DNA from: an uncultured delta proteobacterium
Lineage (GTDB): Bacteria; Desulfobacterota; Zymogenia; Zymogenales; Zymogenaceae
NCBI GenBank assembly: GCA_963792965.1
Contig: CAWBYW010000035.1
Location: forward strand, 1-64,000
Direction of reading: 5' to 3'
DNA: 64,000 nt
Shown here piece by piece: positions 40,896-52,472 of the stretch. Positions within the stretch are counted from its first letter, which is position 1. The number at the start of each line of letters is the position of its first letter. The notes beneath the pieces were generated by a model. That model was given only the letters and a program-made list of their open reading frames with translations. It searched no databases and was not told the origin of the DNA. The position numbers were made by a program, and so were the translations under genes.

Positions 40896-41914
40896 TTAAA
40901 TCGTTTCTCACTAAAGTGGCCGACGGCCACGACCTTGGCCGCGGGGAGATGGAATCCGCGATGGATATCATTACAAGCGGAGAGGCCTCCGCCGCGCAGA
41001 TCGGTGCCTTCATCATCGGCCTCAGGATGAAGGGCGAGACGGCCGACGAGATCGCGGGCGCAGCCGCGATCATGAGGAAAAAGGCGGTTAAGATCAGCCC
41101 CAAGCGGCTCACGGGTGACGCGCTTCTGGACACGTGCGGTACGGGCGGGGACGGCAGCGGCACCTTCAACATCTCAACGGCGGCGGCCTTCGTCGCGGCA
41201 GGCGCCGGTGCGCCTGTGGCAAAGCACGGAAACCGCTCCGTTTCCAGCCGATCGGGGAGCGCGGACGTCCTGGAGGCCCTCGGAGTCACCATTACCATTT
41301 CTCCGGCCCACGTCGAGGCGTGCATCGATGAGGTCGGAATAGGCTTTCTCTTTGCCCCCCAGCTTCACGGCGCGATGAAGCACGTGAGCGGCCCGAGGCG
41401 GGAGCTCGGTATTCGGACGATCTTCAATATCCTTGGCCCCCTCACGAATCCGGCCGGCGCCCAGGCCCAGCTTCTCGGCGTCTACGACCCCGATCTGTGC
41501 CCGGTGCTGGCCCGGGTGTTGCTCGCCCTTGGGACGAAGCGGGCGATGGTCGTGCACGGGGAGGGCCTCGATGAAATCACGACCACCGGACAAAACCACG
41601 TCTCCCTCCTCAGGGACGGCCGGATCGAACAACTCACCCTCCGTCCAGAGCGATACGGCCTGAGGAAGGCCAGCCTTGAAGACCTCGCCGGCGGGACCCC
41701 TCTTCAGAACGCGCAGATCATCGAGGATATCCTGAGGGGGAAGGAGGGGCCCAAGTGCGACGTGGTGATGCTCAATGCCGCGGCGGCGCTCACGGTCTGT
41801 GGAATTGCCCCGGACCTTGAGGCGGGGCTGAAAAAAGCGGCCGACTCCATCCATTCCGGCGCGGCCATGGGCAAGCTTCGGGCGTTGCGAGAGTTTTCCG
41901 CCGCCGCGTCGTAG
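40892..41914 (+). CDS. trpD: Anthranilate phosphoribosyltransferase
   Basis: [42 protein letters not shown]. Confidence 0.97.
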   Translation: MIKSFLTKVADGHDLGRGEMESAMDIITSGEASAAQIGAFIIGLRMKGETADEIAGAAAIMRKKAVKISPKRLTGDALLDTCGTGGDGSGTFNISTAAAFVAAGAGAPVAKHGNRSVSSRSGSADVLEALGVTITISPAHVEACIDEVGIGFLFAPQLHGAMKHVSGPRRELGIRTIFNILGPLTNPAGAQAQLLGVYDPDLCPVLARVLLALGTKRAMVVHGEGLDEITTTGQNHVSLLRDGRIEQLTLRPERYGLRKASLEDLAGGTPLQNAQIIEDILRGKEGPKCDVVMLNAAAALTVCGIAPDLEAGLKKAADSIHSGAAMGKLRALREFSAAAS

Positions 41915-41934
41915 GCAAAGATCGACAGGAGCAG

Positions 41935-42786
41935 ATGATGGGCATGCACGGTAACGCAGAGGGCGCGGCCTTCCTGGACCGTATCGTAGAACGGCGCCGC
42001 ATAGCTGTTGAGGAGTCAAAGCTCTCCACGCCCGCGACCGACCTCAAGGCGCGGATCGCCGATCGGGAGCCCACCCGGGGGTTTAGAGACGCGGTAGCAT
42101 CGGGCGGTCACGTCACGGTCATCGCGGAACTGAAAAAGGCCAGTCCCTCGCGGGGCGTCATCCGGGAGGATTTTCGCCCCGTACAGCTTGCCCGCTGCTT
42201 TGAAGAAAACGGGGCCGCGGCCGTCTCCGTCCTGACGGAGCCTGACTTCTTCCTCGGAAGGGACAAGTTCCTCACGGAGGTTCACGGCGCGGTCGGCCTC
42301 CCGGTTCTGAGGAAGGATTTCGTCTTCGATCCCTACCAGATCTACGAGGCGCGGGCGCTCGGCGCCGATGCGGTGCTTCTCATCACCAGGATAATCGCCA
42401 AGGGGCTCCTTGAGGAACTGATCGGGATCGCGCATGCGGTGGGGCTTGATCCCCTCACGGAAGTGCACAGTGAGGAGGAGCTCGGCGCCGCGCTTTCGGC
42501 CGGGACCGACCTAATCGGGATAAACAACCGGGACCTCGAAACGTTCATCACCGATCTCACTACGTCGATTCGGCTCGGTGCGCTCGTCCCCGGGCATATC
42601 CCGACGGTGGCTATGAGCGGGATACGAGGCCCCGAGGACATCGAGAGACTCGGAGAGGCCGGTGTCCGTTCCGTCCTGATCGGGGAGGCGCTGATGAGGA
42701 TTGCCGATGTCGGGGATATCGGACGTACGCTCTCGGGCCTGATCGGCAAGAAGATTCGGCCGGAGGGCGGGAGGTGGCAAAGATGA
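41935..42786 (+). CDS. trpC: Indole-3-glycerol phosphate synthase
   Basis: IAELKKASPSRG, SVLTE, LRKDF, GADAVLLI, GINNRDL, LIGEALM. Confidence 0.96.
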   Translation: MMGMHGNAEGAAFLDRIVERRRIAVEESKLSTPATDLKARIADREPTRGFRDAVASGGHVTVIAELKKASPSRGVIREDFRPVQLARCFEENGAAAVSVLTEPDFFLGRDKFLTEVHGAVGLPVLRKDFVFDPYQIYEARALGADAVLLITRIIAKGLLEELIGIAHAVGLDPLTEVHSEEELGAALSAGTDLIGINNRDLETFITDLTTSIRLGALVPGHIPTVAMSGIRGPEDIERLGEAGVRSVLIGEALMRIADVGDIGRTLSGLIGKKIRPEGGRWQR

Positions 42787-43403
42787 CCCCCGTCCGTGTG
42801 AAGGTATGCGGTATCACCAATCCCGCCGACGCGCTGGCCGCCGTGAGCATGGGCGCCGACGCCCTCGGCTTTGTCTTTTTTCCGAAGAGCCCCCGGTACG
42901 TGAGCCCCGAATGCGCGCGGGCGATCATTCAACAACTCCCCCCCTTCGTCGCCCGGGTCGGGGTATTCGTAAACGCGAGCATCGAGGCCGTCGAAAAGAC
43001 CGTATGGGACGTGGGCCTTTCCGCTGTACAGCTGTCCGGTGATGAGCCGGTGGATTTCCTGCGTAACGCCCCCTTTTCCGTTATACGGGCGGTTCGCGTC
43101 AGGGATCGGGAAAGCCTCGAAGCGATGAGGGCATACCCTCCCGGCACCGCTATTGTGCTGGACTCGTTTCATCGGGATTTTTTCGGCGGCACCGGCACGA
43201 CGTTTGACTGGAGCCTCGGACACGTCGACTCCGAGATCTACCGCGTCATCATCGCCGGCGGCCTGACGCCCCAAAATGTGAAAAGCGCGGTCGATAGGTT
43301 CCGGCCCTTCGGGGTCGACGTCGCATCAGGCGTCGAAGAGCGACCGGGGATCAAGGATTACGATAAGATGCGGCGCTTTATTGAGATAGTCAGAAACCTT
43401 TGA
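42783..43403 (+). CDS. trpF: Phosphoribosylanthranilate isomerase
   Basis: VKVCGIT, GADALGFVF..SPR, VGVFVN, GGTGTTFDW, AGGLTP.NV, VDVASGVE. Confidence 0.95.
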   Translation: MTPVRVKVCGITNPADALAAVSMGADALGFVFFPKSPRYVSPECARAIIQQLPPFVARVGVFVNASIEAVEKTVWDVGLSAVQLSGDEPVDFLRNAPFSVIRAVRVRDRESLEAMRAYPPGTAIVLDSFHRDFFGGTGTTFDWSLGHVDSEIYRVIIAGGLTPQNVKSAVDRFRPFGVDVASGVEERPGIKDYDKMRRFIEIVRNL

Positions 43404-43415
43404 ACGGAGTGAAAC

Positions 43416-44615
43416 ATGGATAACTATCCCGACGCCCACGGTCATTTCGGGCAATACGGCGGGAGGTACGTCGCCGAGACGTTGATGCCCGCCCTCATCG
43501 AGCTTTCGGAATCATACGAGAGACAGAAAGATGAGCTCGGGCTCTTCCCGGAGGTACAATTCTACCTGGAGCATTACGCGGGCAGGCCCACACCCCTCAC
43601 CTTTGCCCGCCGTCTCACGGAGCACCTGGGCGGCGCGCAGATATGGCTCAAGCGCGAGGATCTCTGCCATACCGGAGCCCATAAAATCAACAACACCATC
43701 GGACAGGCGATCCTCGCCCGACGGATGGGCAAAAAACGGGTCATCGCCGAAACGGGGGCCGGCCAGCACGGGGTCGCCACGGCGACGGTGGCGGCACTCT
43801 TCGGATTTGAGTGCGAGATCTTCATGGGGACTACCGACATACGGCGACAGTCGCTCAATGTCTTTCGAATGAAGCTGTTGGGCGCCGCCGTCAGGCCCGT
43901 TGAGGCGGGCTCGGCGACCCTGAAGGACGCCATGAACGAGGCGATGCGCGACTGGATCGCGCGCGTCCGCGATACCTTTTACGTGATCGGGACCGTTGCG
44001 GGGCCGCACCCCTACCCGATGATGGTGAGGGACTTCCAGTCGGTAATCGGTCGCGAGGCCAAGGATCAGATACGGAAGGCCGCCGGCAGACTGCCCGATC
44101 TCCTGGTGGCGTGTGTCGGCGGGGGATCCAACGCGATGGGGCTCTTCTACCCCTTTTTGAATGACACCGCGGTGCGCATGGTCGGCGTCGAGGCCGCGGG
44201 CGAGGGTCTTGGAACGACGCGGCACGCTGCGTCGATCTCAGGCGGGAGCGTTGGTGTCCTGCACGGCGCAAAATCGTACATTCTCCAGGATCGGCACGGC
44301 CAGATCACCGAGACTCACTCCATCTCCGCGGGCCTTGATTATCCCGGCGTCGGGCCCGAGCACAGCCTCCTTGCCGATATCGGGAGGGTCTCCTATGCCG
44401 CCGTGGACGATGAGGCGGCGCTCGAGGCCTTTCATACCCTCACCCGGCTCGAGGGGATCATGCCGGCGCTTGAGAGCGCGCATGCCGTTGCCTACGCGAT
44501 TCAGACCGCGCCGGAGATGGATAAAGACACCGTTATCATTATCAACCTGTCGGGACGAGGCGACAAAGATGTCAACACCGTCGCCGATCGAATGGGAGAC
44601 ATGCTCCATGGGTAG
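43416..44615 (+). CDS. trpB: Tryptophan synthase beta subunit
   Basis: [53 protein letters not shown]. Confidence 0.98.
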   Translation: MDNYPDAHGHFGQYGGRYVAETLMPALIELSESYERQKDELGLFPEVQFYLEHYAGRPTPLTFARRLTEHLGGAQIWLKREDLCHTGAHKINNTIGQAILARRMGKKRVIAETGAGQHGVATATVAALFGFECEIFMGTTDIRRQSLNVFRMKLLGAAVRPVEAGSATLKDAMNEAMRDWIARVRDTFYVIGTVAGPHPYPMMVRDFQSVIGREAKDQIRKAAGRLPDLLVACVGGGSNAMGLFYPFLNDTAVRMVGVEAAGEGLGTTRHAASISGGSVGVLHGAKSYILQDRHGQITETHSISAGLDYPGVGPEHSLLADIGRVSYAAVDDEAALEAFHTLTRLEGIMPALESAHAVAYAIQTAPEMDKDTVIIINLSGRGDKDVNTVADRMGDMLHG

Positions 44616-45408
44616 TATCAAAGAGACATTCTTAGCCCTCAGATCAACGGGTCGCAAGGCGCTGATCCCCTACATCACGGCCGGAGACCCGAGCCTGTCG
44701 GTCACGGCCGAGCTCCTCGGCACCCTCACGGAGGCGGACGCCGACCTGATTGAGATCGGCGTGCCCTTTTCGGACCCTATGGCGGACGGCCCGACGATCC
44801 AGCGGGCCTCATCGCGCTCACTCGGAGGCGGAGCGACGCTCACCGGCATCCTGGACTTGATCGGAGACATCAGGTCTAAGACGCATGTCCCGCTGGTCCT
44901 CTTCGGGTATTTCAACCCGATCCTGCGGTTCGGCCTTGAGCGATTCGCCTCACGCGCGGCCGAAGTTGGGATTGACGGGCTCCTGATCGTCGACCTTCCG
45001 CCCGAGGAGGCCCACGAGATCAGACGGCACACTGACCCCCTGGGGATCGACTTTATCACCCTCGTCTCGCCGGTGAGCGGCAGCCGAAGGCTCCAGCGGA
45101 TCGTGGCCGACGCGTCGGGTTTTCTCTATTATATCTCGGTGACCGGCGTGACGGGGACACGCACCGACCTGCCGCCCGACGTCAAGGGGCATATCGATCG
45201 CATCAGACGGATGACCGATCTTCCCGTCGTGGTGGGCTTCGGAATATCGACTCCCCACATCGCCCGACAGGCGGCCGCCGTCGCGGACGGAGTGGTAGTG
45301 GGAAGCGCGCTCGTGGAGATTATAGAACGATGGGGATGCGACCAAGAAAGACTGCTGAGAGAGGTTCACTCGTTCATCAGCTCACTGAAGATTTCCCTGA
45401 AGCCGTAA
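44608..45408 (+). CDS. trpA: Tryptophan synthase alpha subunit
   Basis: [52 protein letters not shown]. Confidence 0.97.
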   Translation: MGSIKETFLALRSTGRKALIPYITAGDPSLSVTAELLGTLTEADADLIEIGVPFSDPMADGPTIQRASSRSLGGGATLTGILDLIGDIRSKTHVPLVLFGYFNPILRFGLERFASRAAEVGIDGLLIVDLPPEEAHEIRRHTDPLGIDFITLVSPVSGSRRLQRIVADASGFLYYISVTGVTGTRTDLPPDVKGHIDRIRRMTDLPVVVGFGISTPHIARQAAAVADGVVVGSALVEIIERWGCDQERLLREVHSFISSLKISLKP

Positions 45409-45870
45409 GGGACCGACCATATCCCGTGCACGAAGGGGCACCCTATCAGCCATGAGGCGCCGGCCGATTACGCAAAATCTCGGACGCGCCCGAAAGGACC
45501 ACCGCCCCCGGGCCACTGAAAGAATAAGGGCGGTCGGGCTGCCGACCGCGTGAAGTCTTGTATCATGGACAAGACCCCCTCCCGGCGGCGGAAAGGCCGC
45601 CCTCGGGAGGGGGACTCGGAGTCTTCCGGGTCGTCCACCCGAAAGCTGCGCCGCCCTGTGCCTCCCGCGACGGGAGCGATTCCCCCGAGCCATCTATTCC
45701 TCCGAAAGAGCCGGAACACGGATCGGCCTCAAGATCATTCCAGCCGGCAGATTCAACGATCATATCTCTTGGGCTAAACCCCCCTTAATTAGCCCCCCTT
45801 TACATAATAGAGCCGTTTGAAATAGAGTAATATTTAGTTAATCATATGAATAATTTATGAGGAGCAGCAA

Positions 45871-46560
45871 ATGGGTAATCTAAGGGTCGTTTCGTGTCCC
45901 CCTCAATTTGAGGACGCCTTTTGCTCCATGCAGGACAGGATGAGCACCTTTTTTTCCGATATCAAAATGATACCCGAAGAGGGAAGGATAGAAATCGGCG
46001 GGATGAGGTTCAGGTTCGCCCAGAGCAAAGGGCTGGCCACCGCGTTTCGTGATACCCTCACCGACATCTACGGCGAAAAAGGCGCGGAGCAGATTCTCTA
46101 TAAGCTGGGCCGGTCGCTGGGCGCGATTGAGGCAAAAACGTTCCATAAGAGCTTTGGCCTTGATGATCCGATGGAGAAGCTTGCGGCGGGGCCGGTCTAT
46201 TTCGCTTATACCGGCTGGGCTTTCGTAGAGATTCTGCCTTCGAGCGCGCCCAGGCCCGATGAGGATTATCTCTTAACGTATAACCACCCGAATTCTTTTG
46301 AAGCGGATGCCTTTGTTCTCGAAAACAAACGGGCCACCCACCCGATCTGCTGGATCAACTCGGGTTATTCCTCGGGATGGTGCTCCGTCAGTTTCGGCAT
46401 TCCGCTGGAGGCCAGGGAGGTCACGTGTGTGGGGATGGGAGACCCTCACTGCACGTTTATCATGACCCACAGGACCAAGATACTGGAAAGAGTCGAAAGG
46501 TTCAAGGTGCTCTTGAAAACCAAGAAACCCGAGGAAGTGACCACGGAAGACTTGCTCTGA
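45871..46560 (+). CDS. Stand-alone XylR-N / V4R ligand-binding domain protein
   Basis: PEEGRIEIGG.R, AGPVYFAYTGW, NSFEA, ICWINSGYSSGWCS, EVTCVGMGDPHCTF. Confidence 0.82.
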   Translation: MGNLRVVSCPPQFEDAFCSMQDRMSTFFSDIKMIPEEGRIEIGGMRFRFAQSKGLATAFRDTLTDIYGEKGAEQILYKLGRSLGAIEAKTFHKSFGLDDPMEKLAAGPVYFAYTGWAFVEILPSSAPRPDEDYLLTYNHPNSFEADAFVLENKRATHPICWINSGYSSGWCSVSFGIPLEAREVTCVGMGDPHCTFIMTHRTKILERVERFKVLLKTKKPEEVTTEDLL

Positions 46561-46849
46561 TTTCCCCGCATCGCAATAGTTTCCTTCCGCGCTCGACGGC
46601 GTGTCCCTTTCTTGCCGGATAAAGGACACGCCGCCGCCGTCGAAGGACGGCCCTGCCCGAGGCCCACCGAGCGGCGGCAGCCCATCTTCGACCCATCCTC
46701 GTCCCCCCTCTGTACGTAAGACCCGGATAAAAAGGCGGGCCCCCCTCACCTTACTTTTGAATGGAATTTATCATGGTTTTGGTATAGAATTATACAATAT
46801 GCATTATTGAGGACATCGAGCACCTTGAACACACTGACTGGGGTTATGC

Positions 46850-49800
46850 ATGAGAAGGGTTTTGATCGTCGATGATTCCGAGCTTATCCTCGCACAGCTT
46901 GAGGATATCCTCGCGTCATTTGGATATGAGGCGGCAGGAAAAGCTTCTTCCGGAGCGGAAGCTATTCTAAAGGCAAGAAAGCTCCACCCCGACGTGGCCG
47001 TAATGGACATCGTCATGCCGGGTAAAATGGACGGCATCGAGGCCGCGCGGCTGATCCGGGAAGAGCTGGATATTCCGGTCATCCTGCTGACGGGGCATGA
47101 GGATGAAAGGCTGATAGAGACGGCCAGAGACGCCGGTGTCGAGGGCTATCTCCTCAAGCCGGTAAAGCCCGGTGAGCTGAAGGCGGCCATCGAGATCGCC
47201 CTCCAGAGAAAGAGAACGGAAAAGGAGCTCAAGGACCTCAGTCGGGATCTCATCGAGAACACCAATGATCTCATCTACGCCCTGGATGGAAAGGGAAATA
47301 TCAGATATATTAACAATATGGTCAGCCGAAAGCTCGGCTACGCGCACGACGACATCGTTGGAAAGACTTTTGCCGATTTCGCGACACCCGAATCGTTTAA
47401 GCGCGGCGCCGAAATCTTCAAGAGGCAGCTGAAGCACGAAGACGTGGGGGCCTTTGAGCTCGAGCTCAAAGATCGTGACGGCAACACCAGGATCATAGAG
47501 ACCCGCGAGCGTCTGGTCTGGAAGGGCGGAAGGGTCGTAGCGGTACACGGTATCGGCAGGGACGTGACCGAGCGGAGACGCGCGGAAGATTCCCTCAGAG
47601 ATTCAGAGCAGAAATACCGGGAGCTGGTCGAGGACATCGACGATGTCCTCTACGTGACGGACGGCACGGGGAAAATAAAGTACCTTAACAAGGCGTTTGA
47701 GAATGTCTCCGGCTACTCCCGGGAAGAGTTACTGAACAGAAACTATATTGAGCTGTTGACCCCCGATTCCCTCGAAAAGATCAGCGCTATTTTCAAGAGG
47801 CAGCTTGCAGGCGAGGACGTCGGCATTTTCGAGGTTAACTTCCGCGATAAGTACGGTCAAACGAAGACCATACAAACGCGGGAAAAGTTCGTATGGAAAG
47901 ATGGGAAGGTGGTCGAGTCGCACGGCATCGGGAGGGACGTCACTAAAGACAGAAAGGCGGAAAGCGCTCTGCGCGAGTCCGAAGAAAAATACCGTATTCT
48001 CCTGGAAAACGCCAAGGAAGCTATCGTCGTGATTCAGGATGAGGTCTTTAAGTATGCAAATCCCAAGGCCCGGGAAATCACCGGGTATGCTCATGATGAA
48101 TTGATGTCGAAACCCTTCTTGGAGGTAGTCCACCCGGATGATCGAGAAGAGATTCTTTCCCGATATTTACGAGAAGTGGCAGGGGAAAATCTCCTTGACG
48201 CGAATCCCTATCGGATCGTCGGCAAAGATACGAGCATCCGGTGGGTCGAAGGAATCGGCCTCGCCATTACCTGGGAGGGGAGACCCGCTTCTCTGAGTTT
48301 CGTGACCGACGTCTCTGAACGGAAGCGGACCGAGGAGGAGCTGCGCAGGAGCGAAGAACGGTATCGTACGCTCTTTGAAAACGCCCCGATAGGTATCTTT
48401 CATACGTCGCCGGAGGGGGCCTTTATAAGGGCGAACCCGGCCCTTGCGCACATGCTCGGCTACGACTCTCCCGACGAATTGATTTCGTCCGTCAACGACA
48501 TCGCGGCCCAGCTCTACGTCGATCCGAACAGACGATCCGAAGTGGTTATGAACGCCCTGGAGAAGGACGGCTGGGTATACCATGAAAGTCAATACAGACG
48601 CAAAGACGGCAAGATAATCTGGGGCAAGCTGTCATTGCGCCCGGTGTATAGGCAGGACGGGACGATCGATTACTTTGAGGGTTTTGGAGATGATATAACC
48701 GAGCGAAGAAACACCGAAAAACTCCTTGAGGTTCAAAAGGAGATCGGCACATTCCTGAGCGACGCGGACTCTCTGGTCGTCTCGCTCCAGGGGGTGCTGG
48801 ATCGTATCCTTCAGATAGAAGAGGTTGACAGCGGAGGCGTCTATCTGGCAAACCCAGCCGCCGACGAGCTGGACCTGATCGTTCACCGGGGGCTGTCGGA
48901 GGATTTTGTCAACGCGGTCTCGCATATCGGTGACGATTACCCCCTTTACGGATCCATAAAGGAAGGAAGAAGAAGCTATTTGACGGACGAGGATATCAGG
49001 AAGAATCCTCTCGGCGATCCTGAGAAAGAGGGATTGCGTGCGATAGTGAGCATCCCTATCATCCATAAGGGAGAGCTCGTCGCGGTTTTCAACCTGGCGT
49101 CTCATACCAACGGCGGCTTCTCACCGAATATCCAAAATACCCTTGGGATAATCGCGGAGCGTCTCGGAGGCGTGATCGTCAGAATCAGGACTCAGCAGCA
49201 GCTCCGGGAATCCGAGGGAAAATGGCGAAACCTGTTTGAATCGTCACGGGACGTCATCTATCTCTCCACAGTGCAGGGGCGGTTTACCGACATAAACCCG
49301 GCCGGGGAGCAGGTCTTCGGCTATTCGACGGGCGAGCTGCTGCGATTGGACCTGATAGAACTGTATCTGGAGCCACAGGACAGGGAAAAATTCCAGAAGG
49401 TAATAAGAACCGGCGGATTTGTGAAAGATTACGAGACTTCATTCAGGAAAAAGGACGGATCCGTTATCGACTGTCTCCTGACCTCGAACGTGAGAAAGGA
49501 TACCACCGGCACGATCATCGGATACCAGGGTATCATCAGAGACATAACAGACAAGAAGAGGATGGAACAGCAGCTGCTGCAGACGGAAAAGCTCTCGAGC
49601 ATGGGGACAATGATCTCGGGCGTCGCCCATGAGCTGAACAATCCCCTCGCGGCGGTCATGGGCAACGCCGAGCTCCTCAAACGAAGAAAGAACCTTCCCG
49701 ATGACGTCCTGACCAAGTTGGACGTGATTCATAAAGAATCAAAGAGGGCCTCGAAGATCGTCGGCGGCCTTTTGGCCTTCGCCCGGGAGCATAGGCCGGA

Positions 49801-50684
49801 ACGAAAGATGATCAATGTCAATGATATTATCTCCGAGTCCGTCAGGCTCAGGGAGTACGATCTGAAGGTGAGCGATATCGCCGTAAGACTTTCGCTATCC
49901 GAATGACATCCCCAAGACATCCGCCGACCCGTACCAGCTCCAGCAGGTGTTCGTCAACATCATCAACAACGCCCACGACGCGCTCACAGAAAAGGGAGGC
50001 GGGGCACTGTCCGTCAGGTCCGTCCGGCAAAACGGCGTAATAGCAATAGAGTTTGCCGACGACGGGCCGGGAATCGCGCGGGAAAATATCAAGAAGGTAT
50101 TCGATCCGTTTTTTACGACAAAAGAGGTAGGAAAAGGGACGGGCCTCGGCCTGAGCATGGCGTACGGCATTATCAAAGAGCACGGCGGCATGATAGAGGC
50201 CGAGAGCGTGCCGGGTAAGGGGGCCAGATTTATTGTGAAGCTCCCGATTATCATTGGGAGCCAGGAAAAGCTGGAAAAGAGAGACCGGCAAGCGGAAAGA
50301 GTCTCCGCCGGAGAATCCAAGGCCATCCTGGTGATCGAGGACGAGCAGGCATTGCGTGAGATGATCGCTGAGGCGTTATCCGAAAGCGGGTATCTCGTGG
50401 ACGCCGTTTCAAACGGGGAGGACGCGATCGACTGGATCGGTAAAAGGAGATACGACGCAGTCATCTCCGATATAAAGATGCCGGGCATAAGCGGGAAAGA
50501 GATATACACGTACGTCCAGAAGAACCACCCCGACCTGGCCGACAGAATCCTCTTCATCACGGGCGACGTGCTCAGCAGGGATACGCAGACTTTCATAAAG
50601 ATCACGAGAAACAAATTTATCGAAAAGCCCTTCGGAATCGAAAAACTCTTGCACATCCTGGGCGAAGTATTGGCCGACCACTGA
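46850..50684 (+). CDS. Hybrid sensor histidine kinase REC-(PAS)x4-GAF-PAS-HisKA-HATPase-REC; frameshift near 49903
   Basis: N-terminal REC, repeated PAS/PAC (RDVTERR), GAF, EKLSSMGTMISGVAHELNNPL; the next frame continues DPYQLQQVFVNIINNA, DDGPGI, FDPFFTTK..GKGTGLGL and a C-terminal REC. No TM segments. Confidence 0.92.
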
Positions 50685-51006
50685 TCACCTCTCTCGAGAG
50701 TCATGCCGGATCTTCATATATCAACGCTCACGCGCGTCTTCGCACTTTCCGCCCTTGTGGCTACACTTCCAGTGAAACGTAGCAGACGCCGCAAAACCTC
50801 TGCACAAAGACATAAATTAGGATGATTCCTGAGCTATCCTCACTCTGAGACGAAGAGATCCTTCCTCGCGTCATCCGACCGTGGGGTGGAGACGAGAACT
50901 TCCCGCTTTCCACAGCGGTCCGGGTTGAAACGATATCCCCCTCTCGGCAAATCGACGTAAAAATCGCTGAGAACGAAGAAATTTCCTTGACAAAGCCGTG
51001 CGGTTA

Positions 51007-51028
51007 TTATATCAATCGATTGATATAA
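51007..51028. promoter_or_regulatory. Perfect 22-bp palindromic operator upstream of the FAD-oxidoreductase operon
   Basis: TTATATCAATCGATTGATATAA, 14 nt downstream of a TTGACA (50987-50992). Confidence 0.8.
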
Positions 51029-51143
51029 CTTCTCACGACACAATTCCGCCTCTTCGGATACCGGACATCCTGTACGTATCCGGCGCAGTCAGCTTAGCGG
51101 TTCTCCGGATGGTCAAGATGCCGAGAAGAAGGGAGAAGCTTTC

Positions 51144-52463
51144 ATGAGGCTATCCAAAGTCCAGAGCGTTGAAAAGGCCACGGCCATGCAAAGACTACGG
51201 GCGCTTGAAGACGAGATGAAAAAGTGTTTTCGGTGCTCTCTGTGCAAAATGGTCCCGCTTCCCGTCATCGTCGACCCCCGTTACGCGGAGGGCTGTCCGG
51301 CCAACCGCGAATATCATGTCCACGGGTATTCGGGATCCGGCAAGAGCATTATGGCCCTGAGCCTGTTGGAAGGCCGCATCACGGCCGATAAGACGCTGGC
51401 CGACATCACCTACGCCTGCACTCTGTGCGGCCTGTGCGATGTCTCGTGTAAATTCATCATGGACGCCGAGCGCCAGGCCATAAACATCGCCCTCAGGGAA
51501 CACCTCGTGGACCAGGGGCTGAGCCTTCCGGCCCACCGAAAAATGATCGAGCGACTGAGACGCGAAAAGAAGTCGCGGGAGGTCCAGGAGTGGGCGCGCG
51601 CATCGGGCCTTAAGACGCTCCCGGACCAAAAGGCCGATGTCCTGTTGCTGCCCGGCACATGGCATCAAACGGACACGGAAGATTTAGAAGTCGCCAAGAA
51701 GATGGCCCACCTCCTCCTCGGCGCGGGGGTGGATGTCGGCATCCTCCGTCCGGCTGTACAGGATACGGGCCTCTTTGCCTATTGGACCGGTCATCGGGAC
51801 CTGTTCACCGAAACGGCACAGGGACTCGCCTCGCTCATAGACGGTCTGGGCGTCCGTGCCGTCGTCGCCGTCTCCGGCGCGGACCTGGGTGTGCTTCGGG
51901 CAAAATACCCTGAGTACGGTGTCGTAATGAAGACCGAGGTATTCCATGCTACGGAGTTCTTGGAGCGTCTGATCGCCAAGGGAAAGCTGCGGCTGACGGG
52001 GTCCGTCCGGAAAAAGGTGACCTATCATGACCCGTGCTACCTCGGCCGCCAGAGCGAGCCTCCCCACCAATGGGAGGGGGAGTACCGGATGACGCATGGA
52101 TGCATGACCTATTACCACCCCCCCAAGCCGATTAATCGGGGAGTCAACGGGGTCTTCGACCCGCCGCGGAAGATTCTCGAGTCGATCCGTGGGCTCGACT
52201 TTGTCGAGATGCATCGCATCCGCGAGTACTCCTTTTGTTGCGGCGGCGGGGGCGGGGTGCCCGAGGCATACCCGCGGCTTGCCGCCGGCACGGCGCTGCA
52301 CCGGATCGACGAGGCCCGCTCCGTGGGGGCGCAATCGATCGTTACGGCGTGTCTGCAATGCAGGCGCACCTTGTCCGCCCCGCACGGCTCGACCGCCGAG
52401 GGGTCGCTGCCGGTCATGGACATTATCGATCTCGTCTATGAAGCCGCCGATATCAGGAAGTGA
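51144..52463 (+). CDS. Fe-S oxidoreductase subunit, GlcF/HdrD-like (2x[4Fe-4S] + CCG domains)
   Basis: CFRCSLC...CP, CTLCGLCDVSC, TYHDPCYLGR, SFCCGGGGG, TACLQC. The first CCG domain lacks its Cys residues. Confidence 0.88.
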   Translation: MRLSKVQSVEKATAMQRLRALEDEMKKCFRCSLCKMVPLPVIVDPRYAEGCPANREYHVHGYSGSGKSIMALSLLEGRITADKTLADITYACTLCGLCDVSCKFIMDAERQAINIALREHLVDQGLSLPAHRKMIERLRREKKSREVQEWARASGLKTLPDQKADVLLLPGTWHQTDTEDLEVAKKMAHLLLGAGVDVGILRPAVQDTGLFAYWTGHRDLFTETAQGLASLIDGLGVRAVVAVSGADLGVLRAKYPEYGVVMKTEVFHATEFLERLIAKGKLRLTGSVRKKVTYHDPCYLGRQSEPPHQWEGEYRMTHGCMTYYHPPKPINRGVNGVFDPPRKILESIRGLDFVEMHRIREYSFCCGGGGGVPEAYPRLAAGTALHRIDEARSVGAQSIVTACLQCRRTLSAPHGSTAEGSLPVMDIIDLVYEAADIRK

Positions 52464-52472
52464 GGCACAACC

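Noticed and set aside
49900-49910. TGA in the kinase as selenocysteine or read-through
   Set aside because: The downstream domain is in a different frame; one extra A explains it.
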